A DNA stretch of 62,848 nt, filler included, from Octopus bimaculoides (GCF_001194135.2; 4 parts of 3 records of this genome joined end to end with filler, not necessarily neighbours in it), one strand, 5' to 3'. Numbered from the whole stretch's first letter, positions 1 to 12,209 are shown. Translations and numbers: made by a program. The notes: generated by a model from the sequence alone, not told the origin.

Positions 1-1837
1 TCTATATACGAATATCTATCTAAACGCACACACACACAATATTTGAACCAGATAGTGCCTTAGGATTCTTGAAGATACAAATTACTAACGACTAATATCA
101 ATGATTCTCATTTATTTGTCTGTGAAATAGGTTGGAACTTCCCCTCATGCCCTCTCCTCCTCTTCTAACTTTTAATCTCTCTCCTCTCCTTCTCACTGTC
201 TCGCTTCCTTTCTCTTTCTCTCTCTCTCGCTCTCTTTTCCTTCTCCCTTTTCTCCCACCTCTCAAATTTTCTCTTTTGTAATTTTGGTTCTGCCTCTGTC
301 AACCCGTTTCCTTATTTCTTTCTGTCTGCCTGCCTCTCTCCGTCTCTCTTTCTCACACACACACACACACACTTTTATATCTGTCTATCTATCTATCTAT
401 CTATCTATCTATTTGTCAATCGATCTATCTCCCCTCCCCCATCTCTCTTTATATATCTGTTTCTGTACCTATATCTATTTATCAATCTATCTATCTATCT
501 CTCTATCCATTCCATCCTCTCTCTCTCTCTCTCTCTCTCTCCGTCTTTCTCTTTCACTGTCTTTCACGGCGTTTTCCTCTCTTCTTTCTTCTCCATCTCT
601 GTCTCATCCATCTTTCCTCTCTCTGCTGACACTATCAAATATTCAACGTTAACTGTATTTGCACAAGGGGAGGTAATTCCATGTGGAAGGAGGGTTAACA
701 AAAAAAAAATTAATCTTCGTTTCTCAGAGACCAAACTCAAGCGCGAATGGAAGAATTCTGAAAAGTCAGATATTCATGGAATTGCTGTATTATTGCAGAA
801 GCCTTTCAATATCCGACTGTTTGTTCCACCGTCACCATTACTGCCACCATCACCACCACTGCCAACCCTAGCCGTTGTCGCCACCATCACCACCACCACC
901 ACCACTACCACCATCACCACCACCACTACCACCGCCACCACCACCACCTCTCTTATTACCAACATCGCCGTCGTCTTTCTCATTAAGTATATATGCATAC
1001 ACACATATACACGCATATTTACACACAGACATACATACATGCATGCATACATACATGCACATTTATCTGCATACGTATATGCAAACCATACATACACACC
1101 TATATAAATACTTAATTACATACATATATACTTATATTTACACATACCTAATTACATGCATACATACATATACATCCATACGTGTATACTTACACATACT
1201 TATATACCTACCACCCTACTACATATAAATACATACATACGTATATACATACATACGAACGTACATACCTACGTATCTACATATATACAATACACACACA
1301 CATAAATATGTGTGTGTGTATGTATGTGTATGTATCATACATTCTGCGGATATTAACGGATCTCCACATGTATATCCAATGAAAGAAGAATTCCTTTAGT
1401 ATGATAACATATGGTGGCAGACACCCGTTGAGGAGCTTTGCAAAGCATGCAATAAGTTTATTACCCAGATGATATTACATACATACATACATACATACAT
1501 ACAAATGTGTATTTTCCAAACCAGAAAGGAGAAAGTTTATTAAAAGATTACAGATCCAATCCATCATTGCAACTGTAAAATCTGTAAACCTTTCCAAAAG
1601 TTTACCTTTTAAGAATATATGCGTATGTCTTAACATATAACTATATGCATGAGAATACATACATAAAACATGACATACAAAACTGCATATGTATTAACTC
1701 CAAATACTGCACATACACACATATGCATGCAAAAATACCCTGTTGGTGTTGTTGAAATTCCAATGAAAGAGCCTTGAATCTAAGTTAGAAACCGGCTCTT
1801 TCGCTATTGGCAAGAAATCTTGAAACAAAACTGCATG

Positions 1838-1868
<31 letters not shown>

Positions 1869-2280
1869 TGGTGGCTATCGATTCGTAGTTAACTAGGACC
1901 AGCTTCTGCATTCTTTTCGGCCTTTTTTCAGATGTAGGGCCCCCTTTTCATAGATTCGAGACACTGACTACAATCAACTGGAGGTTTACGAGTCCTTCTC
2001 CTCGCCCCCACCATCTATACAAAAAGCTCTGTGCCCCACACGAGCGAGGAAAGTACGGAAAGTGGTGGTATTACATGATCACAAACACGCATCACGCATT
2101 ACACACCAATTGCTGCAACAAAAGATTCGACAAAATTGTGGAATAGATAAGTTACAGAGACGTAAACAAACCAGCGCCGGCTGTAAGCACATAAATGTGA
2201 AACAAGGTGGATAAAAGAGTACTCAATTACCAGAGGTAGAGTAATATGCTTTATGAAAAGCAGCAGAAATATCACAAAAA

Positions 2281-2318
2281 CTGTTACTCAGAGTTTCACG
2301 TTCCCGTTCGTCGGACAA
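2281..2318 (-). ncRNA. Minimal type I hammerhead ribozyme motif H1 (U4C core)
   Basis: Minus strand reads TTGT-CCGACGA-ACG-GGAA-CGT-GAAA-CTCTGAG-TA-ACAG. Helix I TTGT/ACAG, helix II ACG/CGT with GGAA loop, self-complementary helix III CTC-T-GAG, GUA cleavage triplet. Confidence 0.75.
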
Positions 2319-2905
2319 AACTGTACCCATCCCTCAACCTTAGTGTCTTTCAAACATATCACCCCACCTCCCACTACACACACATATTCATTCCTTACAT
2401 TTTTTTCTCTTCCTATCCATCCCCCTCATAATATCTTGACCACCAACTAACACTCCTTTTTTTCATTTTCTCTTCCTCTTTCTTTCTTTCTTTCTTTCTT
2501 TCTCCTCACCGATTCCCTTTGACCATTCTCTTCATTTTAACATACACATCTATTCTCCCTTCTCTATCCATTTATTACTACCACTACATTCTCAGAATTT
2601 CATTCACACCACAAGACCCCTTTGAATGAACAGCACATGGAATTTACATCTCCACACTTTCCAATTGTAATGACAAAATATGAAATCCTATCGGAATTTA
2701 CATACCATGGACAAGAAGCATCTCTACCACTTCTACACACCACTTTCCTCGGATAATGGAACTGCAACTATAACATCCTATATATATTTTTCTTTTTACT
2801 ACTTTGATTCTCTTATTTCCCGTTATACTTTTTATTTCCATCCTTTTCCAAAATAACTCCTTATATCGAACTCTACTATTTCCCTCTATTTAACCATCTC
2901 ACATC

Positions 2906-2953
2906 GTCTCTGATGAAGGGATATCCCTAATATCCCAGAAACAGCTGTAAGAC
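2906..2953 (+). ncRNA. Minimal type I hammerhead ribozyme motif H2 (intact core)
   Basis: GTCT-CTGATGA-A-GGGATA-TCCCTAA-TATCCC-A-GAAA-CAGCTG-TA-AGAC. Helix I GTCT/AGAC, 6-bp helix II, palindromic helix III CAGCTG, GUA triplet; predicted cut after 2949. Confidence 0.8.
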
Positions 2954-4035
2954 TAACTTTCTCGTTATAAATGTCCTGAAAATTCCACACTCGTATTATT
3001 ATCGAACCGAGAGTTTAACTACGGTCGTTCCATAGCCTTACCTGGGTCTTCTGGAAACCAACAACTCTTATATAGATAGATAGATAGATAGATATTACAT
3101 TTATCGCGAAAATAAGAGGTGTGGGTTCGATTCCTACGCGTACTTAACCATTTTTTCCGTCGGAAGTTTATATGCCCCAATATCAGACTGNNNNNNNNNN
3201 NNNNNNNNNNNNNNNNNNNNNNNNNNNNNNNNNNNNNNNNNNNNNNNNNNNNNNNNNNNNNNNNNNNNNNNNNNNNNNNNNNNNNNNNNNNNNNNNNNNN
3301 NNNNNNNNNNNNNNNNNNNNNNNNNNNNNNNNNNNNNNNNNNNNNNNNNNNNNNNNNNNNNNNNNNNNNNNNNNNNNNNNNNNNNNNNNNNNNNNNNNNN
3401 NNNNNNNNNNNNNNNNNNNNNNNNNNNNNNNNNNNNNNNNNNNNNNNNNNNNNNNNNNNNNNNNNNNNNNNNNNNNNNNNNNNNNNNNNNNNNNNNNNNN
3501 NNNNNNNNNNNNNNNNNNNNNNNNNNNNNNNNNNNNNNNNNNNNNNNNNNNNNNNNNNNNNNNNNNNNNNNNNNNNNNNNNNNNNNNNNNNNNNNNNNNN
3601 NNNNNNNNNNNNNNNNNNNNNNNNNNNNNNNNNNNNNNNNNNNNNNNNNNNNNNNNNNNNNNNNNNNNNNNNNNNNNNNNNNNNNNNNNNNNNNNNNNNN
3701 NNNNNNNNNNNNNNNNNNNNNNNNNNNNNNNNNNNNNNNNNNNNNNNNNNNNNNNNNNNNNNNNNNNNNNNNNNNNNNNNNNNNNNNNNNNNNNNNNNNN
3801 NNNNNNNNNNNNNNNNNNNNNNNNNNNNNNNNNNNNNNNNNNNNNNNNNNNNNNNNNNNNNNNNNNNNNNNNNNNNNNNNNNNNNNNNNNNNNNNNNNNN
3901 NNNNNNNNNNNNNNNNNNNNNNNNNNNNNNNNNNNNNNNNNNNNNNNNNNNNNNNNNNNNNNNNNNNNNNNNNNNNNAATTATAATTTTTTTTTTTTTTG
4001 ACTGGTAACTTCGTTGATATCTGTGTGTCTTTTTT

Positions 4036-4117
4036 TACCTTGAAGAAGGGGTTATCAACAATTTGTGCTCTATTGTGCCCTAAATACGGTGATATACCCC
4101 CGAAATAGCCATAGGTG
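4036..4117 (+). ncRNA. Hammerhead ribozyme motif H3 (C3U, long helix II)
   Basis: TACC-TTGAAGA-A-GGGGTTATCA...TGATATACCCC-C-GAAA-TAGCCA-TA-GGTG. Helix I TACC/GGTG; helix III is one change from a palindrome. Confidence 0.65.
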
Positions 4118-5441
4118 TTCTGTGTTTGTGTTCCACCTATACTTGTAATTTACTGTAAATGATGTTTATGGTTTGACTTTACTGATGTTACCTGCGGAAT
4201 GGTGAAATATGGATTTTACTTTGCCACACTTTGGATGGTCTGTTGCTGTTTTGTCCCGTGCGCTTCGGTATTCCTGTTTATGGAATTGGATTTTACCTAC
4301 TAAATTTACTGTCATGAGGGAGGTAGTTGAACTTTCGTACTATTTATCTTGAACTTCTTTTATTGGCCTCAGCGAATGAACTGTTATGCTACGTCTCCCT
4401 ATGTATTATTTTTTCTATATATATATATATATATTTTTTATTCTACTGTATTTGTACCGGTCTCTAATATTTTTAATCAACTTTTAATCGCAGTTTATTT
4501 ATTTATTTATTTATATTATTCTATTGTATTTTTAATCGATTTTTATTCTTATGTATAAAAATTTTGACTTCCCTTTACTAATTTGGTTTTGTGGTCTATG
4601 TTGTACTTCTTATATGTGGTCATTGGTGGGCTACGGCGTTTTGAGTCGATGACCTAACGGTTTTATTCTGCAATTAACTTTGTACTTATGTCTCAACTAG
4701 TTTGAGCACTTCTTTTACAGCCTTGTATAAATTCTTGGTTTTCTAATACAAAACTGTTAATATTGAATAATTTTATANNNNNNNNNNNNNNNNNNNNNNN
4801 NNNNNNNNNNNNNNNNNNNNNNNNNNNNNNNNNNNNNNNNNNNNNNNNNNNNNNNNNNNNNNNNNNNNNNNNNNNNNNNNNNNNNNNNNNNNNNNNNNNN
4901 NNNNNNNNNNNNNNNNNNNNNNNNNNNNNNNNNNNNNNNNNNNNNNNNNNNNNNNNNNNNNNNNNNNNNNNNNNNNNNNNNNNNNNNNNNNNNNNNNNNN
5001 NNNNNNNNNNNNNNNNNNNNNNNNNNNNNNNNNNNNNNNNNNNNNNNNNNNNNNNNNNNNNNNNNNNNNNNNNNNNNNNNNNNNNNNNNNNNNNNNNNNN
5101 NNNNNNNNNNNNNNNNNNNNNNNNNNNNNNNNNNNNNNNNNNNNNNNNNNNNNNNNNNNNNNNNNNNNNNNNNNNNNNNNNNNNNNNNNNNNNNNNNNNN
5201 NNNNNNNNNNNNNNNNNNNNNNNNNNNNNNNNNNNNNNNNNNGCACTCGGTGGTTTTGTTTGCTTACTTAAGTCGTGACAATGGTAGACATAAAAACGAA
5301 AAGATCTGAATTAAAATCTCCATTCTAAGATTATCGAAAATGCTGCAAATTAAATTAAGTCAAATATTATTATCATTAATATTATTATTATTTTTATTGT
5401 AAAAGAAATCATCATCATTATCATCGACATCATCATCATCA

Positions 5442-5473
<32 letters not shown>

Positions 5474-5540
5474 TATATTATTAATCGTCTTGCCCTCACT
5501 CAAATTTTTGGCTTTGTGCCAAAATTACAAAGAATTATTA

Positions 5541-5752
5541 AGGAGGTGAAATGGCAGAAACGTTAGCACGCTGGACAAAATGCTTAGTGGCATTTGGACT
5601 GTCTTTATGTTCTAAGTTCAAATTTCGGCGAGGTCCCCTCTGTCTTTCATCCTTTCAGAGTCGATAAAATAAACACCAGCTCAGTACTATGGTCGGTGTT
5701 ATCGATTTCACCATCCACTCAAAACTGCTGGTCTTGCGCTAAAATCTGAAAG
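5541..5752 (+). mobile_element. tRNA-derived SINE family A
   Basis: Box A-like TGGCAGAAACGTTAGC, box B-like AAGTTCAAATTTC, then the family core TTTCATCCTTTC..GTCGATAAAATAA..CCAG seen at more than 20 other loci in the window. Confidence 0.8.
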
Positions 5753-5929
5753 AATTATTATTAGATTGGTTGTAGTGGCGCGGCGGTAGTGGTATTTTAA
5801 GACACTCAACCCTCTATTTCTGTCGCTTCGTAAGTTCGAAAACAGTTAGTTTGCCCAGTTATAGATTTACTACTTTACATTATTATTGTGCACCTTATTT
5901 CAAAAGATTCTTTAATCTTTATTTTACAG

Positions 5930-6050
5930 TATATAGACTACTGTAACATTAGTGTAATACTAGTGTTAACATTAATGTAATATTAATGCAATATTAGTGT
6001 TAGCATTAGTGATAACATTAGTGTAAGTAGAATATTAGTGTTAATGTTCT
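5930..6050. repeat. Degenerate ~11-12 bp ATTAGTGT(T)AAC/T minisatellite (continues at 7105-7340)
   Basis: Repeated ATTAGTGT/ATTAATGT units flank the SINE cluster on both sides. Confidence 0.6.
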
Positions 6051-6101
6051 TTTCTACTCTAGGCACCAGGCCCGAAATTTTTGGGGAGTGGGCCAGTCGA
6101 T

Positions 6102-6204
6102 TGTTTTACCTCACTGTGAACTCGGTGTTATTGTGCCTAGCCATTTCTAGCGTCCTACGAGCTGGTGTACCTAGATTCTTTTGAATCCTATGACTAATAT
6201 ATAT
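6102..6204 (+). mobile_element. 5'-truncated copy of unclassified (TA)n-tailed repeat family H
   Basis: Near-identical to 9438-9540; it interrupts a SINE tail between GTCGATT and ATATCAATCCC. Confidence 0.7.
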
Positions 6205-6344
6205 CAATCCCAGTACTTTTTTAAGCCTGGTACTTATTCAATCGATCTCTTGCCGACCCGCTAATGTTACAGGAGCATAAACACACCAACTCCGGTTGTC
6301 CAGTGGGGTGGGGAAGTTCAGACACAAGGGTACACAGATACTGG

Positions 6345-7098
6345 TACGCAACTGATACTTAATTTATCGACCCCGAAATGATAAAAGGCAACGTGGACGG
6401 AAGTCAACCTCGGCGGAATTTGAACTCAGAACGTATAGACACGAAATACCGCTAAGCATTTCGCCAGGCGTGCTAACGTTTCTTATTTCTTGACTGCCCA
6501 CAAGGGGCTACACAGAGGGGACAAACAAGGACAGACAAAGGGATTAAGTCGATTATATCGACCCCAGTGCGTAACTGGTACTTATTTAATCGACCTCGAA
6601 AGGATGAAAGGCAAAGTCGACCTCGGCGGAATTTGAACTCAGAACGTATAGACACGAAATACCGCTAAGCATTTCGTCCGGCGTGCTACCATTTCTGCCA
6701 GCTCTTAACATTAAAGCGAGGCCATGGCAGAATTGTTGGCACACTGGCAAAATGCTTAGCAGCATTTCGTCTGTCTTTACGTTCTGAGTTCAAATTCCGC
6801 GTTGGTCGACTTTGCCTTTCATCCTTTTGTGGGGTCAATACAATAAGTACCAGTTGAGCATCGGGGTCGATCTAATCGACTTAAACCCTCCCCTTGAGCC
6901 AAAATTTGAATTCAATATTCTTTTCTACGCTTGGCACAAGGCCCGAAATTTTGGGGGAGCGGGGCAGTCGATTAGATCAACCCCGAAAGGATGAAAGGCA
7001 AAGTCGACTTCGGCGGAATTTGAACTCAGAACATAACGGCAGATGAAATACCGCTAAGCATTTCGCCCGCCGTGCTGCCGTTTCTGCCAGCTCACCAC
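6345..7098. mobile_element. Cluster of four SINE A copies (minus 6345-6482, minus 6483-6703, plus 6716-6912, minus 6922-7098)
   Basis: Each carries GGCGGAATTTGAACTCAGAAC or its reverse complement and the GTCGAC/ATGAAAGGC core. Confidence 0.85.
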
Positions 7099-7472
7099 CA
7101 TTTTGAAATCAATATTAGCGCTAACATTAATGTTGTATTAGTATAGTGTAATATTAGCATAACATTAGTGTAGTATTAATGTTACATTAGTGAAATAGTG
7201 TCACTTAACTGTAAGTACAGTGTAACATTGATATATCTTTAATGTTAACCTAAATGCAAATATTGGTGTACCATTAGTGTAATTCTCTGAGTATTGTTAG
7301 CGTTGCATGAGTACCATATTTACATTATCAATGTGAGTAGTGATAGAGTGTGAGAAGATCAGCGCAACTAAAATGTAATATCATTCCTAGGACAGGAACT
7401 CGTTAAAACTCCGAGTAGTGTCGCAAAATATATCAGGCGAGTACACTGAATATTTTTATTCTACAGTATGTA

Positions 7473-7760
7473 CGAGGATCAACTGAAAAGTTCATAGGCG
7501 GACCAAGATACTCTCATGGAATAGACCAAATAAGATTTATTTTTCAACATGCCCCCACCACTTGCAAGTCCAAACACTTCTTCCATCGATGTTGCAGTGT
7601 TTGGATCTCATTAGTGAAGGAACTTTCATCCTGTTGATCAAAAAAACTCATTAGCAGATATGACGTCATCATCACTGCGGTAATGGTTCCTAGCCAAGTG
7701 TTTTTTCATGTTGGGAACAGACGAACGTCAGATAGGGCCAAATCAGTAGAAGAAGGTGGG
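7473..7760 (-). mobile_element. Mariner transposon 3' remnant with terminal inverted repeat
   Basis: The end begins TA|CGAGGATCAACTGAAAAGTTC. Minus strand encodes STDLALSDVRLFPNMKKHLARNHYRSDDDVIS, a decayed mariner YSPDLAP(S/C)D..LF motif. Confidence 0.75.
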
Positions 7761-8027
7761 CGTTTCTTGTTTATTATAAAAGCCTTCAACATTTCCTTTC
7801 AAAGGGATTTTAAAACCAATATTTACAACGGAAACTGTTTAGAAGCCCATCGGGTGGATTATACTGTTAATTTAAAGGTTCCGTTCTAGTTGCACAATGT
7901 GTCGCCCTAATTCTGTCAGATCCTGAGAATTACATTAAGGATACACGCGTTAGACGTTAGATACAGGCCTGTGGAATACTCGGTCACTTTCCACGTTAAT
8001 TAAATGAGAAAGTAGTTCAGTTAATCC

Positions 8028-8420
8028 CAGCGGTTCTGAACCGGGGTCCAGATGACCCCTTGCAGTTCATATGGTCCCTGGCAGTTCATATGACCCCTGG
8101 CAGTTCATATGGTCTCTGGCAGTCCATATGACCCCTGGCAGTTCATATGGTCCCTGGCAGTCTATATGGCCCCTGGCAGTCTATATGGCCCCTGGCAGTT
8201 CATATGGCCCCTGGCAGTTCATATGGTCCCTGGCAGTTCATATGACCCCTGGGGTTCTATATAAGATTTTGGGGATTCATGCAGGCAAAATAGTAAATTG
8301 GGCACCCACGTTAGTGTATTTAAGGGTCCATGAAAAGGTTTTGCTTTAGATGTATTTATTACAAGAAACGGCTTGGTTTCTTTCTCTAACATTTTACATA
8401 GTTCAACCTACACAAGTTAA
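8028..8420 (+). mobile_element. hAT-type MITE remnant (right end not found)
   Basis: Starts CAGCGGTTCTGAACCGGGG, resembling Charlie/MER5-type TIRs and the hAT MITE at 29481. Confidence 0.5.
8057..8246 (+). repeat. 19-bp minisatellite x10 (CCCTGGCAGTTCATATGRY)
   Basis: Ten directly countable tandem units inside the MITE. Confidence 0.95.
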
Positions 8421-8816
8421 TACTTAAAACAACAACGCCACAGCCACTACCGTATAAGTGCCCGCGACCATTTGGATATTGGTGTAACATCGGCGTTATA
8501 CATGAAACTGTGTCACCGGCGTAACATCGCTACATAAGAAAGAAAAGGGGCAGGACGGGGGTGTAATTGAACGGAGGCCAATTTCGATTGTTCTGGAAAT
8601 TGTGTCTTTTAATTACCATTCTGAGAGACTGGAATATATCCAAGTATTAGCGAATTCTAATGGAATATTGGAAGAGTAATCATTGAACAGCAATAAATCT
8701 TGCAGACCGTTCCTGTCACAATAACTGTATTTGTGTTTCTATACGGGCATGTCTGTTGACGCACTTTAACACACACACACACACACAGCCACACGCGTGT
8801 GCAATATGTTCGTGTT

Positions 8817-8928
<112 letters not shown>

Positions 8929-9035
8929 TGTATGTAAATTATATATAGAGATACATTATTCATTTAACAGAATTATGTCGAAGTTTCGCCTGCAATGGCT
9001 CATCATGTATAAAGACATACAAATTCATATACTAC

Positions 9036-9072
<37 letters not shown>

Positions 9073-9329
9073 AATGTGTGCATGCGTGTGTGCGTGCGTG
9101 CGTGAATGTGTGCATGCGTGTGTACGTGCGCGCGCGCGCATGTGTCTGCCTGCGCGCGCGCGCATGTGTCTGCCTGCGCGCGCGTGTAGGTGCAGCGTGG
9201 CTGTGAGGTTAAGAATATTGCTTCCCAACTGTGTGGCTTTGGGTTCAGTTCCACTGCACCGGACCTTGGGCAAATGAAATAGCTCAAAGTTATATATACA
9301 TGTATATATATGTATATATATATCTAACC

Positions 9330-9557
9330 ACATTTGTGTTCTCTTTTTTATACCTACGCCACACCTAGATACTACCCCTTAAATTGGTTTTTGGTACTTT
9401 CATGTCTAACAGTATCCTACAAACACTTCATATTGTCGTTGTTTTACCTCACTGTGAACTTAATGTTATTGTGCCTAGCCATTTCTAGCGTCCTACGAGT
9501 CGGTATACCGAGATTCTTTTGAATCCTATGACTAATATATATATATATATATATATA
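9330..9557 (+). mobile_element. Unclassified (TA)n-tailed repeat family H
   Basis: Shares CAGTATCCTAC.AACA, CTGTGAA, CCTAGCCAT and GAATCC..TAACTAA/GACTAA-(TA)n with 6102-6204 and the reverse complement of 51529-51720. Confidence 0.65.
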
Positions 9558-10117
9558 NNNNNNNNNNNNNNNNNNNNNNNNNNNNNNNNNNNNNNNNNNN
9601 NNNNNNNNNNNNNNNNNNNNNNNNNNNNNNNNNNNNNNNNNNNNNNNNNNNNNNNNNACAATACAATATTATTTTCCAGCGAAATAAAGCACCGTAAAGG
9701 TAGAATTGTATAAATAGGAAATAGTGGTACAATAAGGTACCAATTTATGCTGGAAATAGCAGTCGATAACCGTTCGACATTGGTTAAAGCTTCACTGAAT
9801 GTATAGCGGTAAATATGTAAGCGGGCGGCGAATATAAAAACATTTTCGTCTTACCTCTAGGAAGAACGCCAGAGAAATAGACAACCTACAACTGAGGTTT
9901 CGGACCTTTCAGAATACGCTTGTTATCGTAAAACTGATTGGTTCTCGTCGGCTAGGTCTACAGAAAAGACCAAATTTAAAATATCCGCTGCATCAATGCC
10001 TGTATACTCGGCCAAAAGCTCCAGCCATAAACATCGCTTTTCGTCTTTATGAAGGTGGAAATGCGTCATGACGTTGGGAGAAAATTTGACATCTCTTCTC
10101 CATCTGACTGCAGATGG

Positions 10118-10516
10118 TTGATTGTTGGCACTCCGTCGCTTACGACGTGGAGGGTTCCAGTTGATCCAATCAACGGAACAGCCTGCTCGTGACATTAACG
10201 TGCAAGTGGCTGAGCACTCCACAGACACGTGTACCCTTAACGTAGTTCTCGGGGATATTCAGCGTGACCCAGTGTGTGACAAGGCTGACCCCTTTGAAAT
10301 ACAGGCACAACAGAAACAGGAAGTAAGAGTGAGAGAAAGTTGTGGTGGAAGAGTACAGCAGGGTTCACCACCATCATCCCCTGCCGGAGCCTCATGGAGC
10401 TTTTAGGTGTTTTCGCTCAATAAGCACTCACAACGCCCGGTCTGGGAAGGGAATCGAAACCGCGATCCTATGACCGCGAGTTCGCTGTCCTAACCACTGG
10501 GCCATTGCGCCTCCAC
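10118..10516 (-). mobile_element. Full-length tRNA-derived SINE family B with 12-bp TSD
   Basis: Minus strand starts GTGGAGGCGCAATGGCCCAGTGGTTAGG (box A) with GGTTTCGATTCC (box B) and ends GGAGTGCCAACAATCAA. TSD GACTGCAGATGG at 10106-10117 and 10517-10528. Confidence 0.9.
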
Positions 10517-12209
10517 GACTGCAGATGGAGATACCGAGTAAAAAACAAAAAAAAGCTGCTTCGATGTCATTGTTATTGCTGTCATTATTATTATTATTAT
10601 TATCATCGATGTTATGATTGCCGTTGTTTTCTTATTTATTTAAGTCCATGGCGGTGTTGTTGAGGATGACATTAATAACATTGCTCGTTGTTGCTGTTAT
10701 TACTCGTGTTGTTATTTTTGATGATTACGTAGTTGTTGTTGTGGTCCAGATGGACTATATGTAATCTGAACCTTTCCCCACTTATTATTATTATTATTTT
10801 TTATTTTAACGGAATCCTACGTTTTAGGCTATGGAGATTCCGATTCTGAAAAAAAAATTTTCAAAAATCTCAATTTCAAAATTTCGATTTCCCCCCCCCC
10901 CNNNNNNNNNNNNNNNNNNNNNNNNNNNNNNNNNNNNNNNNNNNNNNNNNNNNNNNNNNNNNNNNNNNNNNNNNNNNNNNNNNNNNNNNNNNNNNNNNNN
11001 NNNNNNNNNNNNNNNNNNNNNNNNNNNNNNNNNNNNNNNNNNNNNNNNNNNNNNNNNNNNNNNNNNNNNNNNNNNNNNNNNNNNNNNNNNNNNNNNNNNN
11101 NNNNNNNNNNNNNNNNNNNNNNNNNNNNNNNNNNNNNNNNNNNNNNNNNNNNNNNNNNNNNNNNNNNNNNNNNNNNNNNNNNNNNNNNNNNNNNNNNNNN
11201 NNNNNNNNNNNNNNNNNNNNNNNNNNNNNNNNNNNNNNNNNNNNNNNNNNNNNNNNNNNNNNNNNNNNNNNNNNNNNNNNNNNNNNNNNNNNNNNNNNNN
11301 NNNNNNNNNNNNNNNNNNNNNNNNNNNNNNNNNNNNNNNNNNNNNNNNNNNNNNNNNNNNNNNNNNNNNNNNNNNNNNNNNNNNNNNNNNNNNNNNNNNN
11401 NNNNNNNNNNNNNNNNNNNNNNNNNNNNNNNNNNNNNNNNNNNNNNNNNNNNNNNNNNNNNNNNNNNNNNNNNNNNNNNNNNNNNNNNNNNNNNNNNNNN
11501 NNNNNNNNNNNNNNNNNNNNNNNNNNNNNNNNNNNNNNNNNNNNNNNNNNNNNNNNNNNNNNNNNNNNNNNNNNNNNNNNNNNNNNNNNNNNNNNNNNNN
11601 NNNNNNNNNNNNNNNNNNNNNNNNNNNNNNNNNNNNNNNNNNNNNNNNNNNNNNNNNNNNNNNNNNNNNNNNNNNNNNNNNNNNNNNNNNNNNNNNNNNN
11701 NNNNNNNNNNNNNNNNNNNNNNNNNNNNNNNNNNNNNNNNNNNNNNNNNNNNNNNNNNNNNNNNNNNNNNNNNNNNNNNNNNNNNNNNNNNNNNNNNNNN
11801 NNNNNNNNNNNNNNNNNNNNNNNNNNNNNNNNNNNNNNNNNNNNNNNNNNNNNNNNNNNNNNNNNNNNNNNNNNNNNNNNNNNNNNNNNNNNTATGTGTG
11901 TGTGTGTGTGAGCACGAACGCGTATGTGTGGGGGAGGTGCATATGTGTGTGTGTGCGTATGTTGTGGTATACGCGTGCGTTTGTGTGGTGTAGTGTACAT
12001 ATGAACCCGTGCATACGGGTGTGTGTGTGTGTGTGTGTGTGTGTATGCTGAGTTGTGTATGTCGTATCATTGCTGCTTGGCTTCAGGTCAACCCAGCCGT
12101 GACTATCCACTCTTTTCGTTGCGCAGGGAACCTAGGGCCACGTTATCCAATGTTTCAAGAACAAAATCCAACAAATGTGGGATACAAGTTAATTAATTTT
12201 ACGTTGAAA

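Larger units (their letters stand above)
2190..3070. mobile_element. Penelope-like (PLE) terminal-repeat remnant(s) carrying HHRs H1 and H2
   Basis: Two HHRs face outward, each followed by an 85-115 nt tail, with a pyrimidine-rich spacer between them; the right end runs into (TA)/(GATA)n. PLE assignment is inferred from the HHR type. Confidence 0.5.

Noticed and set aside
64-140. TTGAAGA..ACAAAT/ATTTGT..GAAA motif
   Set aside because: There are extra unpaired bases before GAAA, no helix III and only a weak helix I.
3119-3145. GGGTTCGATTCC box-B motif
   Set aside because: No cloverleaf or acceptor stem is present; at most a SINE fragment, not a tRNA gene.
8057-8246. Regular repeats resembling a CRISPR array
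   Set aside because: They are contiguous tandem units with no unique spacers and no cas genes, in a eukaryotic context.
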